This document shows positions 24,635 to 37,896 of a stretch of DNA of 64,000 nucleotides, in pieces; the stretch's first letter is position 1; each line of letters begins with the position of its first letter. Where the stretch lies: NCBI RefSeq assembly GCF_000150275.1, contig NW_002060948.1, positions 62,001-126,000 on the forward strand, written 5' to 3'. This stretch comes from Trichoplax adhaerens (lineage: Eukaryota; Animalia; Placozoa). The notes under the pieces were generated by a model. That model was not told the DNA's origin. It did no database searches and saw only the letters and a program-made list of their open reading frames with translations. Both the position numbers and the translations under genes were made by a program.

Positions 24635-26010
24635 TCCTACAGTATGTACAGTACTGTACTGTACAGTACTGTATGCTACTACAATACAGTACTGTACTGT
24701 AGTCCAGTACAGTACAATGTACTGTACATGCGGTACACTCACGAATTTGACTGAACAGTACGGTACAGTGTACTGTACAGCAGTGCTTTGTGTGAATTGA
24801 CCCTGGTCCGGACCGAACCAGACCAGAGACCATGAAGACCTTTAGCAGTGAACAACATTCTGTATCGGAGTGCGACGTCTCTCCAATTTCTGTCTGACTG
24901 CTGACTCAGTGCCACGATAAAATCTGGGACTACTCTTCTCACAAAGTGGATCGATACAGTACAATGTACTGCAAAGTATGTACTGTATACTGTAGTACAG
25001 TACTGTACTGTACTGCAGCATTCAGAATCTATAGTGTAACAATATTCTGTATCGGGAGTGAGGCGTCCCTCCGAACTCTGTCTGAATCAATGCGAAGACA
25101 AAATCACGGCCTGCTCGAAAGAACGGACGGACACGATACGATCGTTTAGCTATCCTAGCGAGGAGTCCTTCACAGTACGGCGTTGGAATACCGACTATGG
25201 ACAATATATCTGCACTACTTGTACAGTACTACCATGAGCAATAGCTCTGTTATCTACACCGACTATTTTTGTAATGAACGGCCGCTACAGTGGACAGTAT
25301 TCTGTATCGGGAGTGAGATGTCACTCCGAACTCTGAATCAATGCGAAGACAAAATCACGGACTGCTCGAAAGAACGGACGGACACGATACGATCGTTGGC
25401 TTTACTCTAGTTGGCTATCCTAGCGATGTACAGTATAGTACAGTACACACATGATTTTGTAATGAACGGCCGCTACAGTGTACAGTACACTGTATACTGT
25501 ACACTGTACAGTACAGTATTCTGTATCGGGAGTGAGATGTCACTCCAAACTCTGAGTCAATGCGAAGACAAAATTACGGACTGCTGGAAAGAACGGACGG
25601 ACACGATACGATCGTTGGCTATCCTAGCGATGAGTACACCCATGATTTTGTAATGAACGGCCGCTACGCGTCCCTCCCTCTTTCTAGTAGTCCCTGGTTT
25701 TACACACGACAGTGTGTAAAACGGTTATAATGGTAGCGTACTGTAAAATGCCTGCAAAAAAATGTCGGCCTCCTCATTTCTTACAGCTTTCCACCGTTTC
25801 CAGCCCCCTTGTCATTTGAATAGTCACTGACAAAGTGTTCGCTACTGGGCCAGAATGGGCTGGGGCCGTTATAAGGCTGTCAAAGTCCTTTTCACTTGTC
25901 AACACTACAGTACTGTTCACTGTATAATCTACAGTACTGTGCAAGTCATACTGTACCGTACTACAGTAGACAAATGTACAGTATAGTACTGTACAGTACT
26001 GTACGACTAG
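24635..26010. promoter_or_regulatory. Divergent MRPL40/TTLL5 promoter region with TACTGTAC-rich blocks
   Basis: GTACA/GTACT pentamer clusters at about 24635-24785, 24950-25020, 25425-25520 and 25900-26010, between two divergent start codons. Confidence 0.55.
24857..25730. repeat. Tandem array of units of about 190-255 bp (3 near-full copies plus 1 partial) with a terminal hairpin; possible non-autonomous Helentron-type (HINE/DINE-1-like) element
   Basis: Units begin attctgtatcgg(g)agtg at 24857, 25044, 25299 and 25518. Full copies contain acggacggac. Perfect 11-bp hairpin gttttacacac-gaca-gtgtgtaaaac at 25697-25722. Imperfect 17-bp inverted repeat between 24918-24934 and 25686-25702. The repeat itself is certain; the mobile-element identity is tentative. 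Confidence 0.8.
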
Positions 26011-26141
26011 ACGGTCATCAAGCGCCGATTACAATCAGTAGACGTTACTATGACATAAGTTCATAATAGAAAACCAATTTCAAAAACGAGTTGAAGGAGA
26101 AAAAAATCTCATCAACATCAAGTGATGCCAATAGAGCAGGA

Positions 26142-26298
26142 ATGATGGACGATGATGACTACGATAACGATTCCTTTTGCTCTGATGCAGATGCCTCATC
26201 ATCATCTGTTTCATCATTGAGTGAAGAAGATGATGAAAGTGATCAAGTAGATGAAAAGTAAATACACCCATCCTACACTTGAAAGTGGAGGGATAACA

Positions 26299-26330
<32 letters not shown>

Positions 26331-29300
26331 TTGGTAATTTGGGTAATATTGATTGGATAAATAATGGCTACGTAAATTATTAAAAATTTCAGTCGTTGCC
26401 TAAAATTCAAGTTGTTTCTATCATTAGGATGATAGAGTACAAGTCAATTAGTGTATTGAGCTCTATTAAATCGATGCATGGATTAATATAGAAAGACAGT
26501 AGATTAAATCAGTGCGGTGGACAATAGCGAGCATGTCGTTAATGACTGTTTTGATTGCATACTAATCAGTGTGTGAAGTATGATGGAGAATTGCAGTCAT
26601 GAGCTATTGACAATCATAACTGCTACTAAATATTGATATCTATATACGATTACATTACTTCTAGCAAAGAGCCGGTCATCTTGTGGGCTGGCCCTAAAAA
26701 AGATTTACCCGTAATTATTTTTCGACCCGAGCTGACTGCATGTGCTGTCGATCAACGCTATAAATCGATAGGAGGTAAGATGTTAATTAACTACCTATCC
26801 GTATAGACGATAAATCATCCTTATTATCAAATAAATCAATCAATCATGCATGCATAATACCAACCAATGGTCTATCATGAAAAATAAATACTAGCCATCG
26901 TTAACGAAATACGGTATACTAATAGGATATCAGTAATAGTGAAAGAAGAGATAAGATAGCTAAACCATTCAATAATTAATTTGTCTAATATGTAGCCATA
27001 AAGTTCTTGCTACGCTTGTTGAGACAGCAACCAAACGTCGAATTGTTAATGATTTAAATATGGTCGATATTTTATATCATTTCATAGATAAATTCCACAT
27101 GGCTTATAAAGTAATGTGTGATTGTAAATTAATCCATCAAGTATTAACAGCCCATGGATTTCGAGAGGTAGCGCTTTCTTCATGTAATCCATAACATGCT
27201 TATGTTAATGCTGATAGACATAAATAAATACGTAATTATTGATACTAACATGGATTAGCCAATAATTAATTTATTTTACAATGTTAAAGTAGTGCTAACT
27301 TATCTCTCTTTGATATTATGGATTAGGCTCATCCTAATAGTTCCAATTTTAATATAATGTGGACTGGATCACATTTAAAACCTTATCTTATGCGCGGTCT
27401 CCTCGATTACCAACGCATTAATCATTTTCCTAGGTCTTGCAAATACATCGTGACTACCTTTTTTTTTTGCTATGAATTACTTCTATGTTGATCATTGTAG
27501 TTTTATGTCATTAAATAATTGCTGTAAGTAGTGACTATACACCTTTTATACTATTTTATTAATTATTAGTAACGACTAAATAGATGGCATCATTTAATTG
27601 CATACTCGCTGAGATTACAATTATTAATTATTAAATTGTTACTTCAAATCAATCATCTATATTGCCCCTAAAAGTGTAGGTTATAGTTAAATTAAGTTAC
27701 AACCTATTAGATACAGTTGATTTTCAAAATTCGCAATTTTGGCTTAATTGAAAGTTATAATGCTATATCAATAAGGGAGCCGTAGAGCTATAAGTATGTT
27801 TCAAGAATTAGATGCTATTAGTAGATTGCTCCATAAATACATTAAATCAAGAAAACCTTATCGTTATTTACTCTCGTTCATATATTCGTATAATAATAGT
27901 CTGTTATTGATATGAGTATTTAACGTTTAGGTGCTACTAGTAAATCGCACTGTAAAATACGTTATATCTGGAAGATTTATCGTCACTTTTCACTGTTTCA
28001 TGTGATAAGATTCTATCATAATTATGCATATCAGCTTAACCTATACTAAATTTCGATAACGAAAAATAGATCGTACGAGGTTACACGCAAAGATCGAATG
28101 TTTAAGAATGTGCAAAGGATGCAACATCAGGTAAGAGAGTACCGTAATATTTGGGTCTACCGATTTAGTTTATTGATTTTAGGCCAATTATAATTTAATT
28201 TTTAGTCAAGCAAGACCTTTGATTTTGTACCAAAGACTTTTGTATTACCAGAGGAATATAACGAATTTTATGGTAATTATTCATGCAACATTTGATTTTG
28301 TTGTCTTTTGCTACGGAGAATTTCGCTTATGATCGTAAGTAATCAAAGCTCCACTTTTAAATAGCAACATTTAAGAGAGAAAAAGGACTATGGATTGTTA
28401 AGCCTATCGCTTCATCTAGAGGTCGTGGAATATTTCTGGTCAGCCAAGTAAGTCAAGAAATATATCGTCTAAATTTCCATTTGGATAAATTTCTTTGTTT
28501 TTGTTTTGCATTAACCTTGTCGGATTAATTACGTTTTTCTAACGTATCATAGTTTAGATACCATATTATAATCCGTGTAATGTACTGCAAATTGACTTCT
28601 CTTATTATAGTTTTAGTTTATCTTTGTTACTAAAATGATAGACTTTACCATAAAATTTGTTATGATGTCAACTCTTATAGCCGAATCAAGTCCCTCTAGA
28701 TGAAAAGTTAGTTGTGTCCCGCTATGTTCGCAATCCTTATTGTATTGATGGTAAGTTTTATTTTTGATTTACAAATCTAAAGAATGAGATTCATTTATAA
28801 ATCTATTTACATTAATGCATAAATAATATTTGTACTGATGCAAATACTTAAGCTATTATTCTTTTTTAATGCATACTCACCTAGGCTATAAATTTGACAT
28901 TCGATTGTATGTTCTTGTAACATCCTACGATCCGTTAGTAATTTACTTGTATAAAGAAGGCCTAACAAGGTATCGTATAACTCTGTTAATTTATTGATAA
29001 TCTTGGATGACGACACTAATCACCTTGGCTTACGTGGGAAGTTTTCATCTTTCAATTAGGCATTAACTTATGATCATAATCTTTTTTACTGACCATCACA
29101 GATTTGCTACTATGAAATATGACAATGGAGTTAGAAATATAAATAAAGCTTGTATGCATCTGACTAATTATAGTATCAATAAGAAAAGTAACGATTATAT
29201 CAGGTATAGTATAGGAGATGCATATCATGATAAAAGTCTGATCCTATTCACCAATGTTATTCTCCTTGCCTACAGATGTGAAGACCCAAACGTTGAAGAT

Positions 29301-32300
29301 TTTGGTAACAAATGGAGTATGAGTGCTATGCTTAGATATTTAAATGAATATGGAGAAGATACTACTGGTAATGCACACTAATAATTGATATAGAAATTAA
29401 GAGTATTCTAATTTATTTAATTCTTGACGAAATTCCTCTATTATAGCCTTGATGATTAGAATTGAAGACGTCATAATTAAGACGATAATAAGTGCTGAGC
29501 TACCTATTGCAACGGCCTGCAAATCTTTTTTGCCACATAGAAGAAATTGCTTTGGTATAACTCCAACGATTCTTCATAACTTGGATTATTGATTATGGTT
29601 TTATTATACTGCATTTTTGCTGTGATTCAATATATATTAGAGATTTACGGATTTGACATCCTGGTAGATGAAGACCTTAGACCGTGGGTACTAGAAGTTA
29701 ATCTATCACCTAGTTTAGCATGGTCAGTTAATACAAAATATGTAATAATAATAATGAAAATATGGTATTACAAGTATAATTCAATAATCATGTAATTAAC
29801 TAGTCGGCTTTTCTGCTTATCAAATTTTATTGCAGTGATACACCTATGGATTTCAAAATCAAGTCTAGCTTAATTTGTGATACGTTCAATATCATTGGTG
29901 AGTTTAATTTATAAGATTTAGCAAATTCTCGGTACAGCATCAAGTATTATCGACTATTCTTACAGGAATCGCCGCACATGATCCGATTATAACGAGAAAG
30001 CCCATGAAAATTTCACATCAGTTAAATAAAGCGTATGGGAACGATTCTGTAAGCATAGAGACATTGCATAGGGGAGATGGCAATTTTTTTAAATTTGCAT
30101 ACTGTTAAATGCAGAATGATAATTATTTTCACTTCAAACTGTAAAGAATTCTAGGGCAAACTCTAGTGCTAAGATTAAAAGGCCAGGGTTGCCATTTCGT
30201 CTTACTCAGGATGAGGCACGATTAATGTATGACATTAAAGAGGAACATAAAAGGCGAGGTGGTTTCGTGAGGATATTTCCTTCTCCAGATTCGTTAGAAT
30301 TGTATGGGTAAGGGTCATTTTAGATAGTTATATATTCGTAATTGTATTTTTAATTATTTACTTACTGGAAATCTATAACTGTTTTATTCAGGTTATACTT
30401 AGAGCAGCACAGCACTCTAAACGCGACATTGTTCTGTAGCCTCTTTCCTGAGAAGTATGCTTAATTAATAAATAAGAATCTTTCAATCGCATTTGGAGAT
30501 ATAAAGGTACCTAAAGGTAGTATTATCTAACTGAATGAATTAATTACTCTCTTTAGGGCTAAGCAACTGATGGTTAACGAAAATAATTTCAAGTGGAAAC
30601 GAAAGTATGGAAAGATAATTTATGAAATTATATTTATATTGTTAAATTCTTGATGATAAAAAATTTATTATGTTACTGTGATTTGATGTAGGTCTGTAGT
30701 ATTACATAAACATTTATGTCCGCAGAGTGTGCTGACCGTAAGTAAAAATTTCTTACAATCAACTTGTAAATCCTTTTGTAGTAGAGTGGCATTACAGTCA
30801 GTTTTAATTTACGGGAGGAGCCGTATACTGTCATTTCTAAAAACTGCAACCTAATCATTAAATATTTTGAATTTTTGATCATATGATAAATGGCGTAGTA
30901 TTATTACATTTTTGGTTATTTGAACCCACTTTATACAATCAATAGAGTCAGCAGTAAAAACCGTGTTCAAATCATTGTACAGAATTAGATATTAAAATGG
31001 GAGATCGGCTTTGTTTTGTATTCCAAAGTGTATCAATATTGTACTCATTTTACATTTCTTAATTGTGTAAAATTGCAAACTTTTAGCATGAAGGCAATAG
31101 CCACGCAATTACACTTGAAGAACGAATGGCTCATTATCAGAGCAGTTTGTCGTTTGTAAGTTGCTCGAAAGCTTCAGCTAGTAATCTTTGTAATGATAAA
31201 ATTTCTAAAATCAAAACATAAATTATAAATAGGGCAAGTTTTCACCTATGAAATCAAACAAAAATCGTTCATTAACTGGTGAAAATGCTACTGGTACATC
31301 TAGTAAATACATACGTATAGAGTTATTAATAAGTTTTACGTCAATAACACCAAGGAAAATGTTGCTTTTATGATCTGTAGAAATGGTAAATGAAAGGTCT
31401 GGCTATCATCAACCTTTAGCACAAGGAGAACTAGAGTCTACAGATCGAAAACATAATGTCCAAATGGCGCAGCCTAAGGTCACTAAGGTGTTTACTCGTT
31501 CTACATCGGATAGTTTAGTCCATAATGTTTCAAAGAAAGGAAATATGTTAAGGTATTAACAAAAAGTAACCATTTTTATACGTTTTTACTTCTGTTGAAT
31601 ATTTGATTGGGAATTATGGTATAATAGCTAACGAAATATCAACTGTAAATCTTGCATAATTTATACTATACCACCTAATGAATATTCGTTATCAATTTTG
31701 ATAAAATAGTAAAATTGAGGTTCGTCAAGCTTTTTCAACATACTTACAGAGAATTCAGCAACGTTGGATTATGGAAGCGAAGTACTAAATTAAATATATC
31801 CATAGTTGATGCAATATGTTTACGCAATCTTAGTGTATTGTAGGATTAAACGGTTTCTGAATGTACCTATATATAAGAGTAACAACAACAATATTCTTTT
31901 TTTCGTAAATATTTTACAGGGAACCGACAGAGGATGAAGCTCATACCAAAGATACGCAATTAGTAAGTTATAACTAAATGATAGTTTTCCGAACATCCCG
32001 TCAATCTTGTTTACAATTATTGCTTATTTCGGTACTGGTTATAAATATTTATACTAGGATTTAGTCATCCAATTTCTTAAACGCGCTGTGCTAAACTTGC
32101 AACAACCATTTATTGTTGATATACCGAACCGAAAGCTACCGATTCACCATAGGTTTATTCTGATAATAGCAAATAATTGATTTTAACAAGAGCCTTGCAA
32201 TACTTTAGAATAACTCGTATATTTGAAATGATTGTAGGAAGCATATACTAGCCAAACAACTAGGAAATTTTATTCAGATTTATGAACGGGTATGTACAGC

Positions 32301-34889
32301 AATACTGTATTATTATATAGCTAGTGTTCTGTAGTTTTGTTGTATGTATTAGTGATTCGATTCTACTTAATAAATAGGAAACTAAATCGCTTAAAGTAAC
32401 TCTACGCGGACCTATGGGAAAAAATGGAAGTACTGTCTTAGATAATGCGTTTTCAGAACAAGTCTTTACTAAGTTTCTTTACTTGGCAAGGTGATATATT
32501 TACACGTATATGTTACAAACTAATGTATTGACAACTTACTACTAAAATACCGTGATAATTGATAGCTTTTATAAGTTTAATGTGTTATAGTATCGAATAT
32601 CACATATTTAATATACTTAGATATTGCAAAAATACAGTAAAATCAACTCTAGCAAAAGCATTTTACCATTTCCATCTTGTTTATTAAAAGTGAAATTGTT
32701 ACTAATTTTTTACTTTGTATTTATGCAGTGAACAGCAACTTGAGGAGTTACTAACATCATACACCAAAGAACATAAATCAGCTGGCATCTTTTTGGGAAC
32801 AAGCTTGCAGAGAAGAAGACCTTCATTAGAAAATAATAGAGATAGGTTCAACTCTGTCAGTAGCAATCAAACGGATAATAAAGAATCAATGAATGTCAAT
32901 GTAATGGTTCTATTTTGCTAAATTGCTTAACTTCGAACAATAGTTTAAGAAAGATTTTTACTCTAACACTACGACATTGTTTTATAGGACGTAATTAATC
33001 GATTTTCTAATGGATTGACATTGGATCTTAAAGAGGATCGACTTCGGAATACGATTGCAAGCACTACTAATCAGCTAAAACAAAGTAGCGAGTTAACCGA
33101 CTATGCTCACTGGATTGATGACGAAGGTGACGTTCCTAAACGTAGAAGTTCATTTGTGATTCCTGCTAAAGGTAATTATATATTTATGATGAATTAAATT
33201 TTAAGAACATTTTTACTGCGGTTAGGCTATTTCTATCCGTGATAACGTTTAAAGTCTCAATGTTTTATTTCTTTACGGCTTCTGAGCCTTTAAGTACGGT
33301 AATTTACATTAGTGAAATTATTTCAGATAAATTATATCATTGTATACCTTGTCCAGTATAAGTTAGCTACGACGAACAGTGATTGGAAATTCATGTTTAA
33401 GCTCTTTAATTAATTTACATAGAGAGATCACCCTACGCAGAGCCATTATCGAAACGGCCACAATCGGCTAAAGCGCGATCCCATACGAGATCAGCAGGTA
33501 TTAGAAAAAGTGTTTTGTTGCTTGTTGGCGGCGAGTCTGATAACCTGTCATAATTTGATACTTGATACTTAATATCAAAGTCGTTTATTTAGTAATCCTT
33601 TCTTGTTTCTAATCATGGCAGATCATCATATCAATACATCTATTAGTAGTCGGAATATGAACAATAATCAGCAGATTCATGGTGATGATGCAATAGCGGC
33701 TGCTTTGCGCAGACTTGCTAGCCGGCAAGCATCTCGTAAATATTCAGCGAATGGGCGAAATACCCCACTATATCAAAATATAAGGTAACAGAAAAATGCA
33801 AATAAGTGGATGATTACAACAATGCTTGAAGATTTTTGTTTTAAGTTATTATGTAAGCAACAAAGATGAAACTGTGCTTAATTAACTTATAAATTCTAAT
33901 ATTTTAACATCAGGCTTTGTGCAATTTTTTATCTCGGTTAGATAGTTACTATGTGTTGATTTTATTGCCTATAATTTAATACAGAAAGTACAGTATTTGT
34001 CTATTTATCTTTATTTAGTTAATCTACTGTAGCAACACATTCGATAGACACCCTATCTTTCCAATTTCTCAATTTAGTAACGACGAAAGGAGAAAACCAG
34101 TGATTCATGATGGGTCATGGGAAAAGGAACTATCGGATAATAGATCAGGAGAGACGGATGGAAATTACGGTATATGCGTATCTAGCGTATATATATGAAT
34201 ATACTGTACAAGTTTCTGCTGCAGTACTACGTTACTATATTTGATTCATCAGGTTTTTCAGAAACGAAGTTTTCTTACTCAAGTAAATCTAATCATGCAT
34301 TACTTTTATAGTTCTTAATGACATAGTATTTTAACTTATAGATGTTAAACATACGGTACCACGCCCTCCGCCTAATCCACAAGGTAACCGCAGGCCTATG
34401 AGTAGTAAACGCGTAGCCAGGTAAAAATCTAATAGCTAGGATTGCCGTTAAGTTGTTATAATTTCAATCTTTCGCAGAAATAGAACTTAATATTTGTAAA
34501 TCATGTATTGTAACAGATTATCTAATACAATGAATATGGATCCTCATGAAATCCGTCAGAAATTGGAAGAATATAATAATTATTTAAGGAGGGAAAAAGT
34601 AAAGAAAGGTAAGTTACCAAATATAAAAGTTTATAATTTATTTAACGCTAAACTAGTTGTTTAAGAATATTTTAATCAAAGTTTTGCAGCTAGAATGTGC
34701 TGTTCGTGGTTTGCCAACTAGATAATTTCTATTTTTACTCGTAATAAACTGTTCTTAATTAAGACTGTGCGGTTGTTAATTGACTGTGCTTGCAATCTAA
34801 ACTATAATGGATTAAAGCGTAGTTATCACTTACATACTTTATCATCAATTTAAGATCTCAGTAGATGCGAGTCCAACATGTATAGATAG
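26142..34889 (+). CDS. TTLL5: Tubulin polyglutamylase TTLL5, more than 30 exons
   Basis: Spliced translation [16 protein letters not shown]...[32 protein letters not shown]...[15 protein letters not shown]...[16 protein letters not shown]...[30 protein letters not shown]...[12 protein letters not shown]...[20 protein letters not shown]...[27 protein letters not shown] carries TTLL5-specific motifs. The first and last exons are approximate. Confidence 0.92.
26299..26330 (+). repeat. (ATT)n microsatellite in a TTLL5 intron
   Basis: About 10 consecutive att units. Confidence 0.9.
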
Positions 34890-37800
34890 AATACTTTTAT
34901 TAGAACATCATTTTTTATATTAAAATTAAAGTTGAGTATATTTTACCCATATCAATCACTTTTTTGATATATAATGCTGTTTACTTTAGGATGGAGTGCC
35001 CATTAATCGAAAACATAACCAAAAACGAAATTTTATTATTGAATCAGCTGTGTATTTATACGTATCTATTTATCACCGTACCTAGCATAACTGTGCGTTA
35101 TATGAGGTCTGTTAATGTTGACATATGTATCGTAGTACATATTAATGAGTGAAACTAAAACAACCCTGTTGTTATTCTTTGTATAGTACGATTTCATCCT
35201 TTTCTTTTGCTGTTCTTAAGAATAAAACTTAACTCGATATATTGATGATACAAAATTACCTGCGTTTTTTTTACCATATAACCTATACGAAATTTTGATA
35301 TGATTTGATCGCTACCGAGATTGATATTCTAGCTAGTCAATGCTACAATTTCCTGTTATATATGCTGCTGCTTTTTTATCACGTATAGTTACGTTGTTGT
35401 AAACACATATATGCTTTATATATGAACAATCATATTAACCTATCATTATCTTCTATCTGTCAAGATTTGCTTAAATAGCGTCTGAAACTATGATAAATGA
35501 ATACATTATTAAAACATTTAAAAGTTGTCTGTAACGCTTCGAAGGTATCTGTAATCTGACTATATCTCACATTCCGAGCGTTTGGTGTAATCTATAAATG
35601 CCCTTTTTTAGTGACAACTACGAAGATATAGGATAGAAATAACTCCATAAGCATTTCTAGTGTTCATCTCAAATTATTTTATTGGGGCTAAAATGAAATA
35701 CAGCACCGGTTAAAAATTTTCATGACATGTTGAATTTATTTATCAGTTTCATTTTATCTTATTCGTAAAATCTGGATTAAATTATCACTACAGTATACGT
35801 AATTGATAATCTATTAAATTTACATTTAATTGTTAACTAAAAAATATACAAACTGCTTGCAATATGAATTTAGCGATTATGAAATAAAATTTTAAGACAA
35901 CTAGAAAATGGTTTGCGTGCACGTGGCAAATCTAATCTCGTAAGATGTGAATCTCGATGTTTTGCTGTTCAAAATGCTAAACTTAAGCTGCTGAAATTAT
36001 ATTTACTATACAATATACTGCATGTTGCTGTAGATATTCATTTCCAACGCAAGGCGCCATCTCTGTTATGGCATTATAGACATTTGGATTTACTATGGTT
36101 ATGAGCTCAATATTCTGTTACATTACTAAGTTCGGGTTTCTTTACAGCATAGTATGCTAGTTACTACTACGAGGAACTACGTTCAACATACGAGTATACC
36201 ATTGCTATCTGCAATTCATTATCATAAGTATTTTAATTCAATAAGGTTAAGGTTTTGAATTTACTTGATGATTTCAATTTGATAAGATCACAAGCTGAAC
36301 GTCACATTCTAGCGTTTAAATACTATCCCAAGCTACTAGAGATTATTTTGACCGTGGAGCAAATTACAGGCCCGGTAGATATTCTTATTCAAGATACTAT
36401 ATCAGTTGTTATCTTTATATATTACAAATATCTAAGTTTATTAAGGTATGGACTTTCAGGCTTAGCAATAAATCTAGAAATCTATGACTGACTATCACTA
36501 GGATTCGTAAGTATATTAAACATAACTTCATAAGAACGTCAATAGACGTTTTCAATATACGGTTATTTCGCTCTTATTATTATTAATTTAGCTATTATAA
36601 TAATCATGGTATGAAATAACGTCTATTTTATGTTGATATAAATAGCTCTATTTAACGCATTTACTATTATGGTTAATTTATCTATTAACTATCAACACTT
36701 TAATGTATTATGTACACTGATCTAAGTAACTATATTTAACGTATTCCGCCGTTATCAATAATTTATGAAATATAATTTACTAGCAAAGTGTCCAACTTAT
36801 AACATTTCGCGTAAATGTTTTGCTATTGGCGAACTTTATTCCTTGGATTGATTATGATGAGTGTTAAAATTTCTAGCTGATAATATAGTGCTTCACAATG
36901 TAACCGTTTAGCGACAAATGTTCTATTATTATCGAACGTTGATGAGCTGATTATGATAAATATTGAGTAGTGCTTACAATATCAATCGTTTACTGACATT
37001 TAATATCTATGTATTAATGAGATTTATATAACATACGCATATAGACCAGTATAATAGATAATGTCTATCTCACTATAGCGGTGGTCTGTTCAAGCCTTAT
37101 TACCTACCATTCAATAGCTGGTTGAGATCACGAGTGCATCCCATGATTTATATGGAGATACTGCGATTTATACCAAAGTGTAAAATAAGAAGTATTGAAC
37201 CGTTCTAATTAATAATCCAAGTCAATTACCCCCATCATGAATGAGAGAATAAACATATTGACTAGCTACAGAACTTGCTAAAGAGAAGTTTTTCTTCTGG
37301 ATAACATGTAGGTTTGCAATATCATTAACGGCAATTGAGAGTTCTTTTACTGTGCAAAATTACGGGATAATAACTCTTCTATTAAGTAGCATATTGAATA
37401 GAATTTGAATTACAATATGGTGTCGATTGTTTGTTTATTTATTAGCTAAGAGCTACCTTACAACGTTTATTATAAAACATAGGAGTGAGCTAACGATTGT
37501 ATTACTAAACCCTACACGCTAGGCTTGATGTACTGATAGCCTACGCTTATTTGGTACCGTGGTAGAAACGATTGCATTGCTTCCTATACTTGTGTATTTG
37601 CACTCTGAACTTTGTTCCCAATTCCTTCGTATCCCTGGATGGAACTAAATTGATATAAACACTTGATTGCTTAGAATTAGCAGCACTGAGTAACAAGGTC
37701 TACGATAAGTCATCATTTACAGAATAATTCTATTTTGATAGGAATTGAAATAGCTCATCGTCATTGGCACTAACATAGTTAAAAGTTTGCAAACTCGGAA

Positions 37801-37896
37801 ACGACAACACACGTACGAGTACATACGCGTAGATCATCAGCTATCGCCAGGAGCTCATTCGCTAGCTGGTTTTATTAATGCTCAAAATTGTTTACA

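Noticed and set aside
24486-25653. Short Cys/Thr/Val/Tyr-rich ORFs, and the N-terminal extension of ORF 24020..24742
   Set aside because: These are translation artefacts of the TACTG/TACAG arrays and tandem repeats. The MRPL40 start fits the ATG at 24571.
24857-25670. Repeat-spacer-like arrangement as a CRISPR array
   Set aside because: Repeats are about 90-120 nt, spacers are related low-complexity sequence, there are no cas genes, and the context is eukaryotic.
35000-37800. Short ORFs between TTLL5 and aminopeptidase copy 1
   Set aside because: Non-ATG starts, AT-rich intergenic composition and no consistent exon chain.
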